This document shows positions 1-12,346 of a stretch of 64,000 nucleotides of DNA, piece by piece. How positions within the stretch are numbered: position 1 is the first letter of the stretch; each line of letters starts with the position of its first letter. Where the stretch lies: assembly GCA_013265495.1 (NCBI GenBank), contig MU058718.1:3300081-3364080 (forward strand), written 5' to 3'. The DNA is from Vicugna vicugna. Its lineage: Eukaryota. The notes under the pieces are model-generated. The model searched no databases and was not told the origin of the DNA. It was given only the letters and a program-made list of their open reading frames with translations. The translations under genes were made by a program, and so were the position numbers.

Positions 1-2226
1 AAAACTCAACCCAGACACAAACACTAAACAGGCCAAATGAAATTCTTTAGCCAGCCCTCGGTCAACCTTGGGTTTGCAAATCTGTGGCCAAAAATATTAG
101 CACTTTAATTATTTTCCTGGTAATCAGTCTTTTAAAGGCCCTGAATCTTTCCTAGGATTTAACTTTTCCCTTTTATTGTACATTATCTGATAATTTACCT
201 CAGCTTTTTAAAATGGAACCAGGAAGAATAAAGCCTGTACCTGTTAAACACAAGAGTACACACTCTGTACTTCATTATATTTTCTTGACTTATTTTATGA
301 AAATAAAACTCCTAAAAGTAATAGGCACTGTGGAACAAGACCAGTACCATACATAAAAGGCAAACCTTGTAACAATAAATTGTATTACAATGAAAATATC
401 TCTAACAAAACTCCTGATGAGGATGGATTTAAAACTGACTTGTAATAAGAGCGGACTATTGTTAGGAATACTAGACTCTTTTTTCAAGTTCCTTTTGTTT
501 CCTAGGTGCTTCTTAAAGACTTAACCTCATATCAGGTAGGCTAAGGAAAAGAATGAAAAAAATACTATGGTATACTCTAATTTCATACAGATGCTCTAAT
601 TCAAATCCCCTAATACTTTACTTTTGACTGCTATATTGATATAGTTTGAACAAATGAGTTAATAAAAATCTCCTAAAATAATACTTGACTTTATTTTGCA
701 TTATTAGTTCATAATCACTATTGCTTGTTTATGAAATTGTGAATATTTTATGAACAAAACCTAAAACAAGTTACTGAGGACAATTAAAACCAAATGCTGT
801 CACTGGTTATACTTTCTCTCCTCTGTAGCCTCAGTGTGCCTTAAAATTCATTTTACTGAGTTATAAATTATATGCAAACTATATCTCACTCTCCATATAA
901 ACATTCTATGCCTTATTTCATTTTATGATTCAGGAGTTACTGATCTGGCCCACTGAGTTCTCCCTTAGGGATGACCACCTCCACCTCCCTTAACTGGCAA
1001 CCTAACCATGTAGGAAAACACCCATCTGAATCTTGTTAAAGGAGGGAGTTGTTCTAACAACATCTGCATGTCTACCCTGTGGTAAGCTCTGCAGATGAAA
1101 AGAAAGCCACTACAGCAATACTTGGACAGATTAATTAAGGCTCTTAGGTATGACTCTTATTTGTAAAACACAGGAAATAACACCTATCTTACAGAATTTG
1201 TAAAGAATAAATATGGTAATGTAAGTAAAGTGCTTAAAGCGTCTAGTACACAATTAACATTCGATAATGGCGTTTTTTACCAGTATCACTAATACCACTG
1301 GTATCAATAATACTGCCACCAATACCAATTTAGTGACTAAAACAAAGGCAGATAGTTTATTATCTACCGGTGCAGAAGGGATATTATTATAGCGGAATCA
1401 TCACAGGCACAGCACTTAATTCGAACAATAAACGATGACCTGCACCTTTAATAAGAGTCTATAATCATACCCATATATTAATATTTTAATGCAGTACCAC
1501 TTAGAGAGGCATACAAGTAACAACCAGGAAATTCAGTACTATGCAAAAACACACATCCAAAAGGAAAACTGAGATGTGGGCAAAGAGAAAAACAAAAAAA
1601 TAAGAAATGATAAAGCGAAAGATTTTCTTTAAATAACCCAACTTGAATTTACTTGGCATCTAAGATAAAAAGAAGCACGCCTAATCCATAAAATAAAACT
1701 TAAAGAGTCTCAAATTCTAACACTACAAGTGGACCTACTTTTTAAGGATAATTCAGAAGGAGAGGAGAGATTCAGCTCAATTTCCTCTTTTGTAGCGTTT
1801 GGTGAAAGCAAGTCTGGAAGTCTGTGAGGACTCATTTTGAAATAAATAACTATAGGACCTAGTCAGACCAACTCCCCGCCCCTCAACCTCCAAAGCCATG
1901 AAGAAAAGTTGAGAGAATTCAAAGCTGAACGCAACCTCTTAGGCGCACCACAGCCCTAGCAACCAAACCGAGGTGCACACTTCAGAAGAAACTTAACACA
2001 GTATTCCCCGGGGAGAAACGAAGAGGGGGTGGGACCAAGCCAGTCGCAGATCCCAAGAGGAGTCAGGGGATCGCGAGGAGTCGGGGACTCCCGCCCTGCG
2101 GCTCAGAGTCGCAGTCCAGGGAAACCTGGGACCCGCATGAGAGGAACAGGGGTGAATCAGGTGTCCATTCTTGGATCTAGGACGCCGGCCCACCAAGGGA
2201 CCCCGAGACCACCGCCTCGCACTCAC
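1..2226 (-). other. TMX1: TMX1 intron 1 (partial)
   Basis: Follows the exon-1 donor. No sequence encoding exon 2 (YAPWCPAC...) is seen in 1-2226. Confidence 0.88.
1121..1270 (+). mobile_element. MIR SINE 3' fragment
   Basis: tgtaaaa...acctatcttacagaa...gtaaagtgctta resembles the MIR core and 3' end. Confidence 0.7.
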
Positions 2227-2760
2227 AATTCTATCATCCACTCTCCTTCCAGCAACTCTTTCCAGTTCTTGTCCGTGATGACTCGCACGTCGCTCCGCCG
2301 CCCGTGGGTCCAGGGGACCCCCCAAAGCAACAGCAGCAGCACTACCACTGGGACCACGGAACTCCCGGAGGGCGCCATGTCGGCCGCTAGCCCACTCACC
2401 GACAGCAAGCACAGCGACCCCCACCTCCGCGCAGCAGCGCCTCACTTCCGCCCTCGCGGGCTGACCTGCTAGTGCGCATGAGCACGGCGAAGCGCGCGCT
2501 CGTGCGCGCGCATCTTGAGGACTCTCAATGCGCATGACGAAGCCAGGTCCTAGTGGGCTGATTGAGTAGAGAAAGAGGGAGCGCGCCTATACCCTAGTGC
2601 GCATGACAGAAAAATGGTCTCTGCCCACCTTCGACTTTGCCCCAATACGGTTTTGGAGGAAGAGTGAACCGAGGGCGTGGTGTAGAAAAGTGGGGCGGGA
2701 GTTGGAGACGAACCGCTTGGAAGTCTGCAGCAGGATTTTGGCGCCAAATGATTGGCACAT
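1930..2760. promoter_or_regulatory. TMX1: CpG island / TMX1 promoter and 5' UTR
   Basis: GC- and CpG-rich against a CpG-depleted background. ETS core CACTTCCG 2443-2450; NRF1-like TGCGCATG at 2473, 2529 and 2598; CCAAT 2642-2646; GC box 2692-2700; E2F-like palindrome TTTGGCGCCAAA 2737-2748; inverted CCAAT 2751-2755. Confidence 0.9.
2227..2378 (-). CDS. TMX1: Thioredoxin-related transmembrane protein 1, coding exon 1 (signal peptide and start of thioredoxin domain); 152 nt, phase-2 end; later exons lie left of the window
   Basis: Translates MAPSGSSVVPVVVLLLLLWGVPWTHGRRSDVRVITDKNWKELLEGEWMIE(F), closely matching the mammalian TMX1 N-terminus. Good Kozak context (gacATGg) at 2378. Canonical donor GTGAGT (+ strand actcac, 2221-2226) follows GAA TT. 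Confidence 0.96.
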
Positions 2761-2949
2761 ATACTTAAGGCAGTTGGTAAGTTTACACTAAAGCAGTTTT
2801 CAGTTAAATGCCCGTCAGAGTTTTCTGTTGTTTCCTTTGAAAACTTCTGTAGGAAAGCCAGTGGACGTTTTTGTGAGTCAAAATATTGGTTTACTTCTAG
2901 GGGATTATAGACTGGAAACGTGCACAAGGGAACCTTACGGGTTCCCTTT

Positions 2950-3078
2950 GTATTCTACATCTTGATCAGGACAGTGGTTACACGGATGTACACGTATGTA
3001 AAAAGCCATTAAGCTGTGTATGTTAAGTTTAGTACACTTTATGCACTTTAGGATGTATGTTATCCCTCAATTTTTTTA
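2950..3078 (+). mobile_element. Ancient L1M 3' end fragment
   Basis: atcttgatcaggacagtggttacacggatgt...tgtatgttatccctcaat is typical of L1M 3' termini. Confidence 0.65.
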
Positions 3079-3642
3079 ATGCAGTAGTTACAGAGATGCT
3101 AGATCAGAAATTCAAAATAGAACAAGACATGTAGGCTTGTACACATATTTAAGATTTTTTTCTCAAGCATTTATAATTACAAATGCAAATCAAAATGTGC
3201 ACAGTCGTTAGAAAGTATTAATCAGTCCATTGAAAATAGTTGCCATTACAGCTCCTCACCTCATATTCTCTCCTAGACTCATTGCAGTTGGCTCATTTCC
3301 CCACCTCTTCTCAGGCCGTTTCTAGGACACTAGTGATCTGCATGTTAACATTCATCTTACTTGACTGCCAGCATTATCCTACTGCCACCACAACCTCCTT
3401 GAAATGTGCTGCCTTATTTCCTTTTTTTTCCCCTCCTTCCTCAGTAGCTGCTCCTTCTGAAACTTCTTGGCGGGTCCTTCTCTACTTGACTTCCAGACAT
3501 TGGCTTACCCCAGGGTGCTATAAGGGCCCCCTCCTCTTTGTATCCACACACTTCTCCAGATAACCTCAATTCTGGCTTTAAAAGTCATTAATATGTCTGT
3601 CATTTAAGCCCTGGCCTTTCTGGGAACTTCAGACATCTATAT

Positions 3643-3948
3643 TGTTAAAAAACAAAATTCAACCGAGAAAAATTTAATGATCTAATTGTCTTTATTAGGT
3701 GATTCATGAATCAGGCATCATCCTGTCTAGCAATGAGTAGGGCTCTCCTAGAGGTTGTACAAAGTGGAAGTCTTTTATAGGAAGAAGGATGAGGCAAAGG
3801 AATTATTAGCAAAAGAAAAGAAAGGATTATTTCTAGGTCTTTATGAGGGGAAGGGAACTGGCAAGAGTTTTATCATGTAGATTGCCTCTCCTTTAAGTCT
3901 TGGGGGGTGGGGAGAATGACTCCATTTTGAGACTTTCTTTTTTTAACA
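3643..3948 (-). mobile_element. ERV1-class solo LTR (MER4-group-like)
   Basis: Inverted termini TGTTAAAAAA...TTTTTTAACA; 4-bp TSD ATAT (3639-3642, 3949-3952); minus-strand AATAAA near 3690. Confidence 0.8.
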
Positions 3949-4563
3949 ATATTCAACTCTTTGCTTGACATCTCTTGGATATCTAACAGGTAGCTTAAAT
4001 GTAACAGCAGGATCAAAAGATAAAACTCTTGATTCTCCGTTTTCTAGTCTTCCATCTCAGTTGAGTCTTAAGGTCCATTTAATGGCTCAAGACAAAAATT
4101 TACATTTTAATTCTTTATTGTTCTCTCTCTTCACTCCCTCTTCATGTTCTCTATCAGCAAGTCCCATAAACTCTGCTTGCACTAATTTCCATCTCCATAG
4201 TCAACCCCCCAGTCCAAGTTTCTGTCATCTCTTGCCTGACTACAATAATAGATTCCCAACTGATGTCCCTGAGTCCTCTCTTGCTCTTCTAAATTAGATC
4301 AAGCAACGTATCCCTAAAACTTTACAGGTGGTTCCCACTGCACTTAACATTAAATCCAAACTCCTTAAACTCATTACTATCTGACATCTGCCTAACTGCT
4401 ACCTCATGTAGTACCAGCTCTCCTCCTCCCTACCCTGCTACACTCCAGGGGGTCCCTGAATATGTCAAACTCATTCTCACACTAGAGAATTAGCATTTCC
4501 TGTTACTGCTGCTTGGACTACTTATCCGCTGATCTTCACATCACTCCTTTTTGTCACTGTTCT

Positions 4564-5082
4564 TGATGAAGGGGAGAGAAATATCACATCCTAGGATGCT
4601 CATGAGTCCCTGGGAGGACTGCTGAGTGATGGTCCTTGGCTTTGAGCAGGAAAAGAATTCTAGAGAAAGTCAAAGTAAAGTGAAAGCAAGTTTATTTAGA
4701 GAGATACATATTCCAAAGGCAGAATGCGGACCACCTCAGAAAGTGAGAGCAGGCCCAGAGAGTGGGGGTGGTTAGTTTTTATGGGCCAGGTAAGGAATAT
4801 TCTGTTTTGGGAAAGGGGCAGGAAGTTCCAGGAATTGGGCCACTGCCCACTTTTTGGCCTTTTATGGTCAGCTTCGGAACTGTCATGGTGCTGGTGGGTC
4901 TGTCCTTTAGCATGCTGGTATATTACAGTGAGCATATAACGAACCTCAAGGTCTACTAGAAGTCAAATCTTCCACCATCTTGAGTCTAGATGGTTCTAAC
5001 CAGTTTTTGTCATATCCTGTTTTTCTTAACATTTGTGTCATTCTTTTAACAGTTGTGCCCTGCCCCCTTCCTTCCTGTGTCA
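4564..5082 (-). mobile_element. ERV1-class solo LTR (same family as 16303-16839)
   Basis: TG...CA ends, near-TSD ttct/atct; long shared blocks with 16303-16839 (gtgaaagcaagtttatttagagagat; gggccactgcccactttttggccttttatggtcagc). Confidence 0.8.
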
Positions 5083-6077
5083 ATCTCAACTTAAAAGTTA
5101 CCTCAAAAAGCATTTTCTGACCACTCCATCTAAGGAGCCCTCCCAGTCACATTAGCAGGTCATATTATCCATCATATTTGTCCATGCTGATTCTCTGCAT
5201 AGTATTAAACTGATATGCTTCTTAGTTTATTATCTGATTTCTTTCTTCACCCAATAAGAATATGTTTCATGACAGTGGAAACTTCTCTGTTTTTTCACTA
5301 CTATAATCTCCAACGCTTAGTGCCAAGCCACTGTTAGAACCTGGCACATAATAAAGGCTTGATAAATATTTGTTGAATGAATGAATTAATGAGGAAAACC
5401 ATAATTATAGATAGGCCATGCTTTTACTATACTGTATGGGGTGCATCAATAAAAAAGTGTAAATATATTCTTATATGTAATATGGATTAATATCTGCCAT
5501 TTATACCTCACAGTGTTGGTAAAAGGATAAAATAAACTATGTTCATGAATATTCTTTATAAACTAAATCATTCATGATAATTTGTTATTAAGATTTCATT
5601 TTAATATTTCACTTATGTTAGGAAAGAAATACAGTCTTATGACCAAAATATGCAAAGTATGAAAGGTTGGAAAGTGAAAAGAAATATCCTCTAAAATCTT
5701 TTCCATCTCCCGCCAGAATTTGCACCCCTTAAGCAACTGCTGTTAACATTTTCTTTTGTATAATATCAGAACAATTAAATGCACATAAACTACTCTTAAA
5801 ATAAACACACTAGTGAGCTCATATTTCAATTACTAGTTAGTTTTCTTCACTTAACAATACATACATATCAATGAAAAAGAATTCTAATTTGGTCTCTGAA
5901 ATATTTGTCTAAAAGTATAAATATCAAGAAATATATGAAAATATCCATATAATATCATGGTATGAATACTTTGTTACATTTATAATTATTCACCATTAAT
6001 TTACTATAATATTATAATTAAATAATATAAATTAAATAATATCAAGTGGTATTTATATTTCATAATGTTTAATATAT

Positions 6078-6246
6078 ATTTTTTTACATTTTTTATTGAT
6101 TCATAATCATTTTACAGTGTTGTGTCAAATTCCAGTGTTCAGCACAATTTTTCAGTCATTCATGGACATATACACACTCATTGTCACATTTTTTCCTCTG
6201 TGATTTATCGTAACATTTTGTGTATATTTCCCTGTGCTATATACAG
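6078..6246 (-). mobile_element. 5'-truncated lineage-specific L1 3' end
   Basis: Poly-T followed by L1 3'UTR terminus; 12-bp TSD tgtttaatatat (6066-6077, 6247-6258). Confidence 0.8.
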
Positions 6247-6470
6247 TGTTTAATATATTATTGATATTGTTAATATCATTTTTTCTCATACTCTGAATAA
6301 GACCTTGTTCTCTCAGACAATTAAAGCGTGTATGCAGACTAGACCATGTGTACTCTTGGTACACTGAGTTTTATTTAGCACACTATGCTTCCTCTCTGTA
6401 TCAACCGAAATACATTCTACCGTGCATCATGAGTGTTTTCTGAAACTAGTGCCATCCCGTGAAAGATCAA

Positions 6471-7205
6471 AAGGCAGCTTAGTATAGTGATTAAATGAAT
6501 GGACTCTGGACCCAGATTGGGTTCCAATCTTGCCTTCACCACTTAAGTACTCCTTGATCTTTGGCAAGTTGCATAACCTCTTTATGTCTTGGTTTCTGTT
6601 TTTGTAAAAGGGGGTAATGATTGTCCTACCTCATAGAGTTGTTTTATGGATTAAGTGAATTAACATTTGTAAAGTGCTTAAAACAGAATGAGTCAGTTCA
6701 AATCCTCCAAGAAACAGATGCTAAAAGGGGATTAGACCTACAAGGGATTTATTGGGGAAAGTTCTGGGAAGGATAAGGGGAAGAGGAGCAGGAGTAGATG
6801 GGAGAACTCTGAGACTGCAGTGTTGGTCTGACACTTGTGAAAGGGAAAGGGGAAGGAGGATTGGCTGGGAAGAGTCTCAGACCAACCACAGGACAGTTCT
6901 AAGGAAGGCTCAGCCAGATCTACAGGGAGTCATGAGCCCAAATTGCCTAGTAGAGGAATCCCACATTAGTCAGGAAAGGCTGGCTCTAGTATATCTGGCC
7001 ACTCAGTCATTGGCTGGGAGCAGTGGTTGGTGGGAGAGGGCAGGGAAGGGAACACAGTCTCAGCATTCACAGTGGCAGCAGCAGGGGACCATCAAATCTG
7101 CTGATGCACTGGCACAGCAGACTTTCTTGAAGGTAATCTGAGTAGTGCCTCTCCAGGCCACACAGGGCCTGGCACCTAACAAATACTAGTAAGTGTTGAT
7201 AAATA
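6471..7205 (+). mobile_element. MIR split by an ERVL LTR
   Basis: MIR body 6471-6688; 3' tail ggcctggcacctaacaaatac resumes at about 7165. Confidence 0.8.
6689..7162 (-). mobile_element. ERVL solo LTR (LTR16-like)
   Basis: TG...CA ends; cctccaagaaacagatgc...gatttattggggaaa resembles the reverse-complemented LTR16-family 3' end. Confidence 0.7.
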
Positions 7206-7224
7206 ATAAGATATAGAAGAGTAT

Positions 7225-7525
7225 AGGGCAATTTTCTCCAATAGAAATATAATGAGAATTACGTATATAAATTTTAATTTTCTTACAGCCAGTTTTTTTA
7301 ATTGAAGTACAATTACAGTGTGTCAATTTCTGGTGTACAGCACAATGTCCCAGTCATGCATATACATGCATATATTTGCTTTCATTTTTTTTTCATTAAA
7401 GGTTATTACAAGATATTGAACATAGTTCCCTGTGCTATACAGAAGAAACTTTTTAAAATCTATTTTTATATATAGTACAGCCATATTTTTAAGGTAAAAA
7501 TTTAAGTTAATTTTAATAATGTTTA
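7225..7525 (+). mobile_element. MER33-like hAT MITE fragment split by an L1 3' end
   Basis: tccaatagaaatataatg...aattttaattttct..agcca resumes as tattttt aaggtaaaaa...ttaattttaataat after the L1 insert. Confidence 0.65.
7292..7475 (-). mobile_element. 5'-truncated lineage-specific L1 3' end
   Basis: ttttttaattgaagta... L1 terminus; 8-bp TSD tacagcca (7284-7291, 7476-7483). Confidence 0.8.
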
Positions 7526-8378
7526 AAAAACACAGTTGAAAACCATTAATCTAATAGCCCTATATCAAACTCTAAGTTTTGATAACAGAGAGAATATACA
7601 TTCTTGTCAGTCAGAGTGCTTTTACTAAAATAAACTTATGTAAGACTACAGAGAAAAGCTCAGAAAATTCCAGAAAGTAGAGAAAGTATAGCATAGTAGT
7701 TAGCCTATCTGGGGTAAATCCCACTTCCACCCTTGGCTAGCTGACCACGGCAGCTTTCTTTTGAGCTTACTCTTTTCAAAATATCACCAATTAGGACAAG
7801 TAGAGGCCATAATGCATCAGCAATGCCCTGGTGGCCCCTGTGCTAGCTAACAGTTAACTAACCCTCTACTTGCTGAGGAGGTCTCTTAAGAGAGAGGATG
7901 GAGGGCAGAGGGAGACACCAGGATGGCTGCAGTAGCCTTAGCTGGGAGCTTTGTGGAGGTTGATGTGGGATGAGGGGTGGGAGGTTGAGAGAGGAGGTTG
8001 GTAACTCCAGGTAGCAGCTATTCACCAAGCATCTTGGAGGTATTGCAATATTTTACTGGTGCAGCTTTATTATCACAATGTAACCAAATAACTTTCCTGG
8101 GCTAGAGCTACTCCTCTTCCTCTGCAGGACTAGTTTTTCATTGTTTTGGTTTCTTTCCTTAGGTTTAGGGGGAGGAGCCATTGATGATGTAACTTCCCTT
8201 CTCCATCTTTCCATGAAAGCTCTCGAGGAAATACTATTAAATTTGAGTTATTAAAACCAGATGAACCCTCCTAACTAATCAACCAAATCAAGTTCTGTTC
8301 ATGCTAACTCCTAAACTGATCTTAAATCATAAATTAAATAATATCAAGTGGTGTTTATATTTCATAATGTTTAATATA

Positions 8379-8547
8379 TTTTTTTTACATTTTTTATTGA
8401 TTCATAATCACCTTACAATGTTGTGTCAAATTCCAGTGTAGAGCACAATTTTTCATTTATACATGAACATACATATGTTCATTGTCACATTTTTTTTTCA
8501 CTGTGAGCTACCACTAGATCTTGTATATATTTCCATGTGCTATACTG
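8379..8547 (-). mobile_element. 5'-truncated L1 3' end related to 6078-6246
   Basis: Same terminus ttttacattttttattgattcataatca...tgtgctata. Confidence 0.75.
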
Positions 8548-8606
8548 TCACAGCTTTGATATATGTTATCATCTTTCTTTTTCCCTGCAGTGTGCAGAAT
8601 TTATTA

Positions 8607-11600
8607 ATTTTTTATAACATCATTATTGATATACAATTCACATACCATACAGTACACCTATTTAAAGTATACAGTTAATGGTTTTTAGTATATTCACAGA
8701 GTTGTGCAACGAGGTCAAATTTAAAACATATTCATCACCCCAATCAGAAACCCATATTCGTTAGCAGTCACTCCCCACTTCCACCAAACCACTCCTTACC
8801 TCAGCTCTAAGCAACCACCAGTATACTTTCTGCTTCTATGGTTTTATGTACTCTGAATACTTCATATCATATAAATAGGATAATATAATATGTGGCCCTT
8901 TGTGACTAACTTCCTTTATTTAGAATAATATATTCAAAGTTCAGAAGTTCATACATGTTGTAGCATGTACCAGTACTTTGTTTTGCTTGTTGCTGAGTCA
9001 CATTCCATTTTATGAATATGTTTGTCCATTCATCAGCTGATGGATATTTGATTTGTTCTACTCTTTGGCTGTTATGAGTAACGGTGCTATGAACTTTTGC
9101 ATACAAGTTTTTGTGTGGACATAATGTTCTTGTTTCTCATGAGCACACATCTTGAAATGGAAATGCTTGTGCTACAATATCCAGGAAACTGACTAGTGCC
9201 TAATCCAGGGTAACCTGTGTTTTCATCTAAGAGTTTTATAATTTTAGCACACATATTTATGTCTTTGATCCATTTTGAGTTAATTTTTATATATGGTGTG
9301 GGATGAGGGTCCAACTATTCTGTAGCATGTGGATTCCCAGCTGTCCCAACACCATTTGTTGAAAAGACTGTTCTTTCACCATTGAATGATCTTGGCACCC
9401 TTGTTAAAAATCATTTGGCCATAGATGTATGAGGGGCTTTACTTTCCCCTAAGTTTTCAGTTCTATTCCATTGACCTATCTGTCTCTTTACCATACCGTC
9501 TTCCTTACTGTAGTTTTGAAATTGGGAAGTGTGAGTCTTCCAACTATGTTATTTTTCAAGATTGTTTTACTATTCTGAGACCATTGAATTTCCATGTACA
9601 TTTTTAATTCAACTTGTTAATTCCTTTTAAAAAGCATGCTGAGATTTTGCAAGAGACTGCATTGAATCAGTAGAACAGATTGGAAAGTATTGACCTTTTA
9701 ACAGTATTAAGCCCTCTAACCCAGAAACATGGGAAGTCTTTTCATTTATTCAGCTCTTAATTTTTTCAGCAATGTTTTATAGTTTTCAGATTGTAAGTTT
9801 TGTGCCTTTTTATTAAATTTACTCAAGTATTTATTCTTTTTGATGCTAATATGAATGGAGTTGTTTTCTTTATTTCATTTTTGGTTTTTTCATTGCTGCT
9901 ATATAGAAATATAGTAGAATTTGGTATTTATCTGTATCCTGCAATTTTGCTGAATTTGTTTATTAGTTCTGAAACTTAAGTGGATTCCTTTGGGTTTTTT
10001 TTATATATAAGATTATATGATCTACAAGTAGAGATAGTTTTACTTCTTTCTTTCCAATCTGGATACCTTTTATTTAATTTCTCACCTAATTTCCTGGCTA
10101 GATCTCCAGTACAATGTTGAATAGAACTGGCAGAAGTGGGCATCCTTGACATGTTCCTGTTCTTAGTGGGAAAACATTTTATTTAAGTATCTTGCATAAT
10201 ATCTAAATGTGATATGTGTGTCAGTTTTTCATAGATGCCTTTTATAAGGTTGAGGATGTTTCCTTCCATTGTTCCTAGGTGGTTGTGTATTTTTATCCTG
10301 AAGGACTGTTGAATTTTATCACATGCTTTTTCTGCATTTATTGAGATGATCATGTGGTTTCTGTCCTTTATTCTATTGATATGGTTTATTAATTGATTTT
10401 GAATGTTAAACCAACCTTGCATTTCTGAGATAAATCCCACTTAGTTACAATATTTCACTCTTTTTATATATTGCTGGATTTAGTTTGCTAGTATTTTGTT
10501 GAGGGTATTTATATTCATAAAAGATACCAGTCTGTAGTTTTCTTTTCTCATGATCTCTTTATCTCATTTTATTATTAAGATAATACTAGCCTCAGAATGA
10601 GTTGAGAAGTGTTCCCTCCTTTTTCAATTTTTTGGAAGTGTTCATGAAGATTCTATGCAGTCTTCTTTAAATGTTGGTTGAATTCAGCAGTGAAGTCATC
10701 TGGGGCTGTGGTTTTCTTTGTGGGTATCCAGTCTTTGGTTGTAGATTTATTCAGATTTTTCTGTTCCTCCTTGAGTCAGTTTAGGTAGTTTCTATCTTTC
10801 TAGGAATGTGTCTGTTTCATCTAAGTTACCTAATTTGTTGGCATATAGTTGTTCACAGTATTCCCTTATAATCGTTTTTGTATCTGTAAGGTCAATATTA
10901 ATGTTTCTTCCTTCATTCTTAATTTTAGTAATGTGAGTTTTTTCTCCCTTTTTTCTCGGTCAGTTTACCTAAAAGTTTATCAATTTTGTTGATCTTTTCA
11001 AAGAACCAACTTTTGGTTTTGTTGGTTTCTCTATGTTTTTTAATTTTTCTCTTTCATTATTTTCTTCCTTTTGCATGCTTTGGATTTAGTTTGCTTTCCC
11101 TCTCCCCCTAAAGCATTTTAAAATGGAAGATTAGGTTATTAATTTGTTTATTCTTTTTGAATGTAGCCTTTGAAACTGTTTCCTCTAAACACTTATTTAG
11201 CTGCATCCCATAACTTTTGTTATGTTGTGCCATCGTTTCATTCATTTCAAAGTATTTACTAATTTCCGTTTTGGTATCCTCTTTGTCCATTGTTTATTTA
11301 GAAGTCATTTCCATATATTTGTGAATTTCTAAAATTTCTTTCTGTTATTAATTTCTAATTTTACTCTATTGAGACCAAAGAGCATACTTTGTATGATTTC
11401 AATTCTTTCTAATTTATTGAGACTTGGTTTATGGGCTACATATGCTATTTCAGAGAATGTTTCAGCCCTTGAGAAGAATTTGCATTTTGCTGTTGTTAGG
11501 CAGAGTGCTGCATGGATTTGATATTAGGTCTAGGTGATGTATAATGCTGTTTGAGTCTTAATTCCTTGCTGACCTTCTGCCTAATTGTTCTTTCTATTAT

Positions 11601-11817
11601 TGAATTTGGGATATTGGAGTTTCTAACTGTTGTTGTTGAATTGTCTATTTCTCTCTTCAATTCTGACAGTTTGTATTTCATGTATTTTGTTGTATATATC
11701 TTTATAATTGTAATATAGTTTTGATGGATTGAGTCTTATTATTATAATACTTCCCTCTGTATATCTAACTTTTTTTTGTTTTATAGTCTATTTTGTCTGA
11801 TATTAGTAGAGCCACTG
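8607..11817 (-). mobile_element. Degenerate ancient L1 (L1MB-like): 3'UTR and fragmented ORF2
   Basis: Minus-strand fragments [13 protein letters not shown]...[16 protein letters not shown] (RT region) and PYIKINSKWIKD match L1 ORF2; L1MB-type 3'UTR at 8607-9190. Confidence 0.92.
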
Positions 11818-11860
11818 CTGTGATTGTGTTAAATTAACACTTTTTATTAGAGCCCCGGGA

Positions 11861-12346
11861 TGTCGGAGGGGTAGTTGCAGTTCAGCAAAACACCACAAGG
11901 GAAATTGAAATAGAGAAGTTTATTACTCAGCAGTCCTGAAGGAAGTATACAGCATGCCTTGAGGGTCCACGCAGAGATCCAGGCAGGGTGCAGGCAGAGA
12001 GAAGCAGGACTTGGGACACATGCCTTTATTAGGGTCAGTGGGTGTAGTGCTTTGGAGTTCCCAGGCAATTCAAACCAAAAAGAACAGGGTTTTTTTTGGT
12101 CAGCTTCACCGGGGCCTTATCTAAGCGTTGCACAAAGTAAGGCCCCTGAGAGGACGAGGGCGACTGTTTATCACCAAAGAGTCATATCAGGGAGTTGCAT
12201 TTACTTGTGATCCTGCAGGCTGTTATCTGGGGCACACACGCACAGGAGGGACGAGTGTTCCGTCAAGGTCCCGCGGGCCACTGAGTCACACGAAATGGTC
12301 ACCAAGGCAGCAGCATCCTAGAGGAGCTTAGCTAACCTCTCTGACA
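11861..12346 (-). mobile_element. Solo LTR (probably ERVL class)
   Basis: Imperfect inverted termini TGTCGGAGGGG...CCTCTCTGACA; minus-strand AATAAA (tttatt near 11918). Confidence 0.6.

Larger units (their letters stand above)
3400..5391 (+). mobile_element. L2 LINE 3' region interrupted by two solo LTRs
   Basis: L2 motifs (cttgacatctcttggatatctaacagg; ctggcacataa...tatttgttgaatgaatgaa tail) resume collinearly on each side of the LTRs. Confidence 0.8.

Noticed and set aside
2223..2408. Track ORF of 61 aa starting MLSVSG and ending IEL-stop
   Set aside because: The real start is the ATG at 2378, and the frame leaves by the splice donor at 2226. The extension and stop arise from unspliced ORF calling.
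1993..2535. 180-aa (minus) and 147-aa (plus, 2029-2472) ORFs over the CpG island
   Set aside because: GC-rich, stop-poor shadow frames of TMX1 exon 1 and promoter; low-complexity R/P/S/G composition with no recognisable domain.
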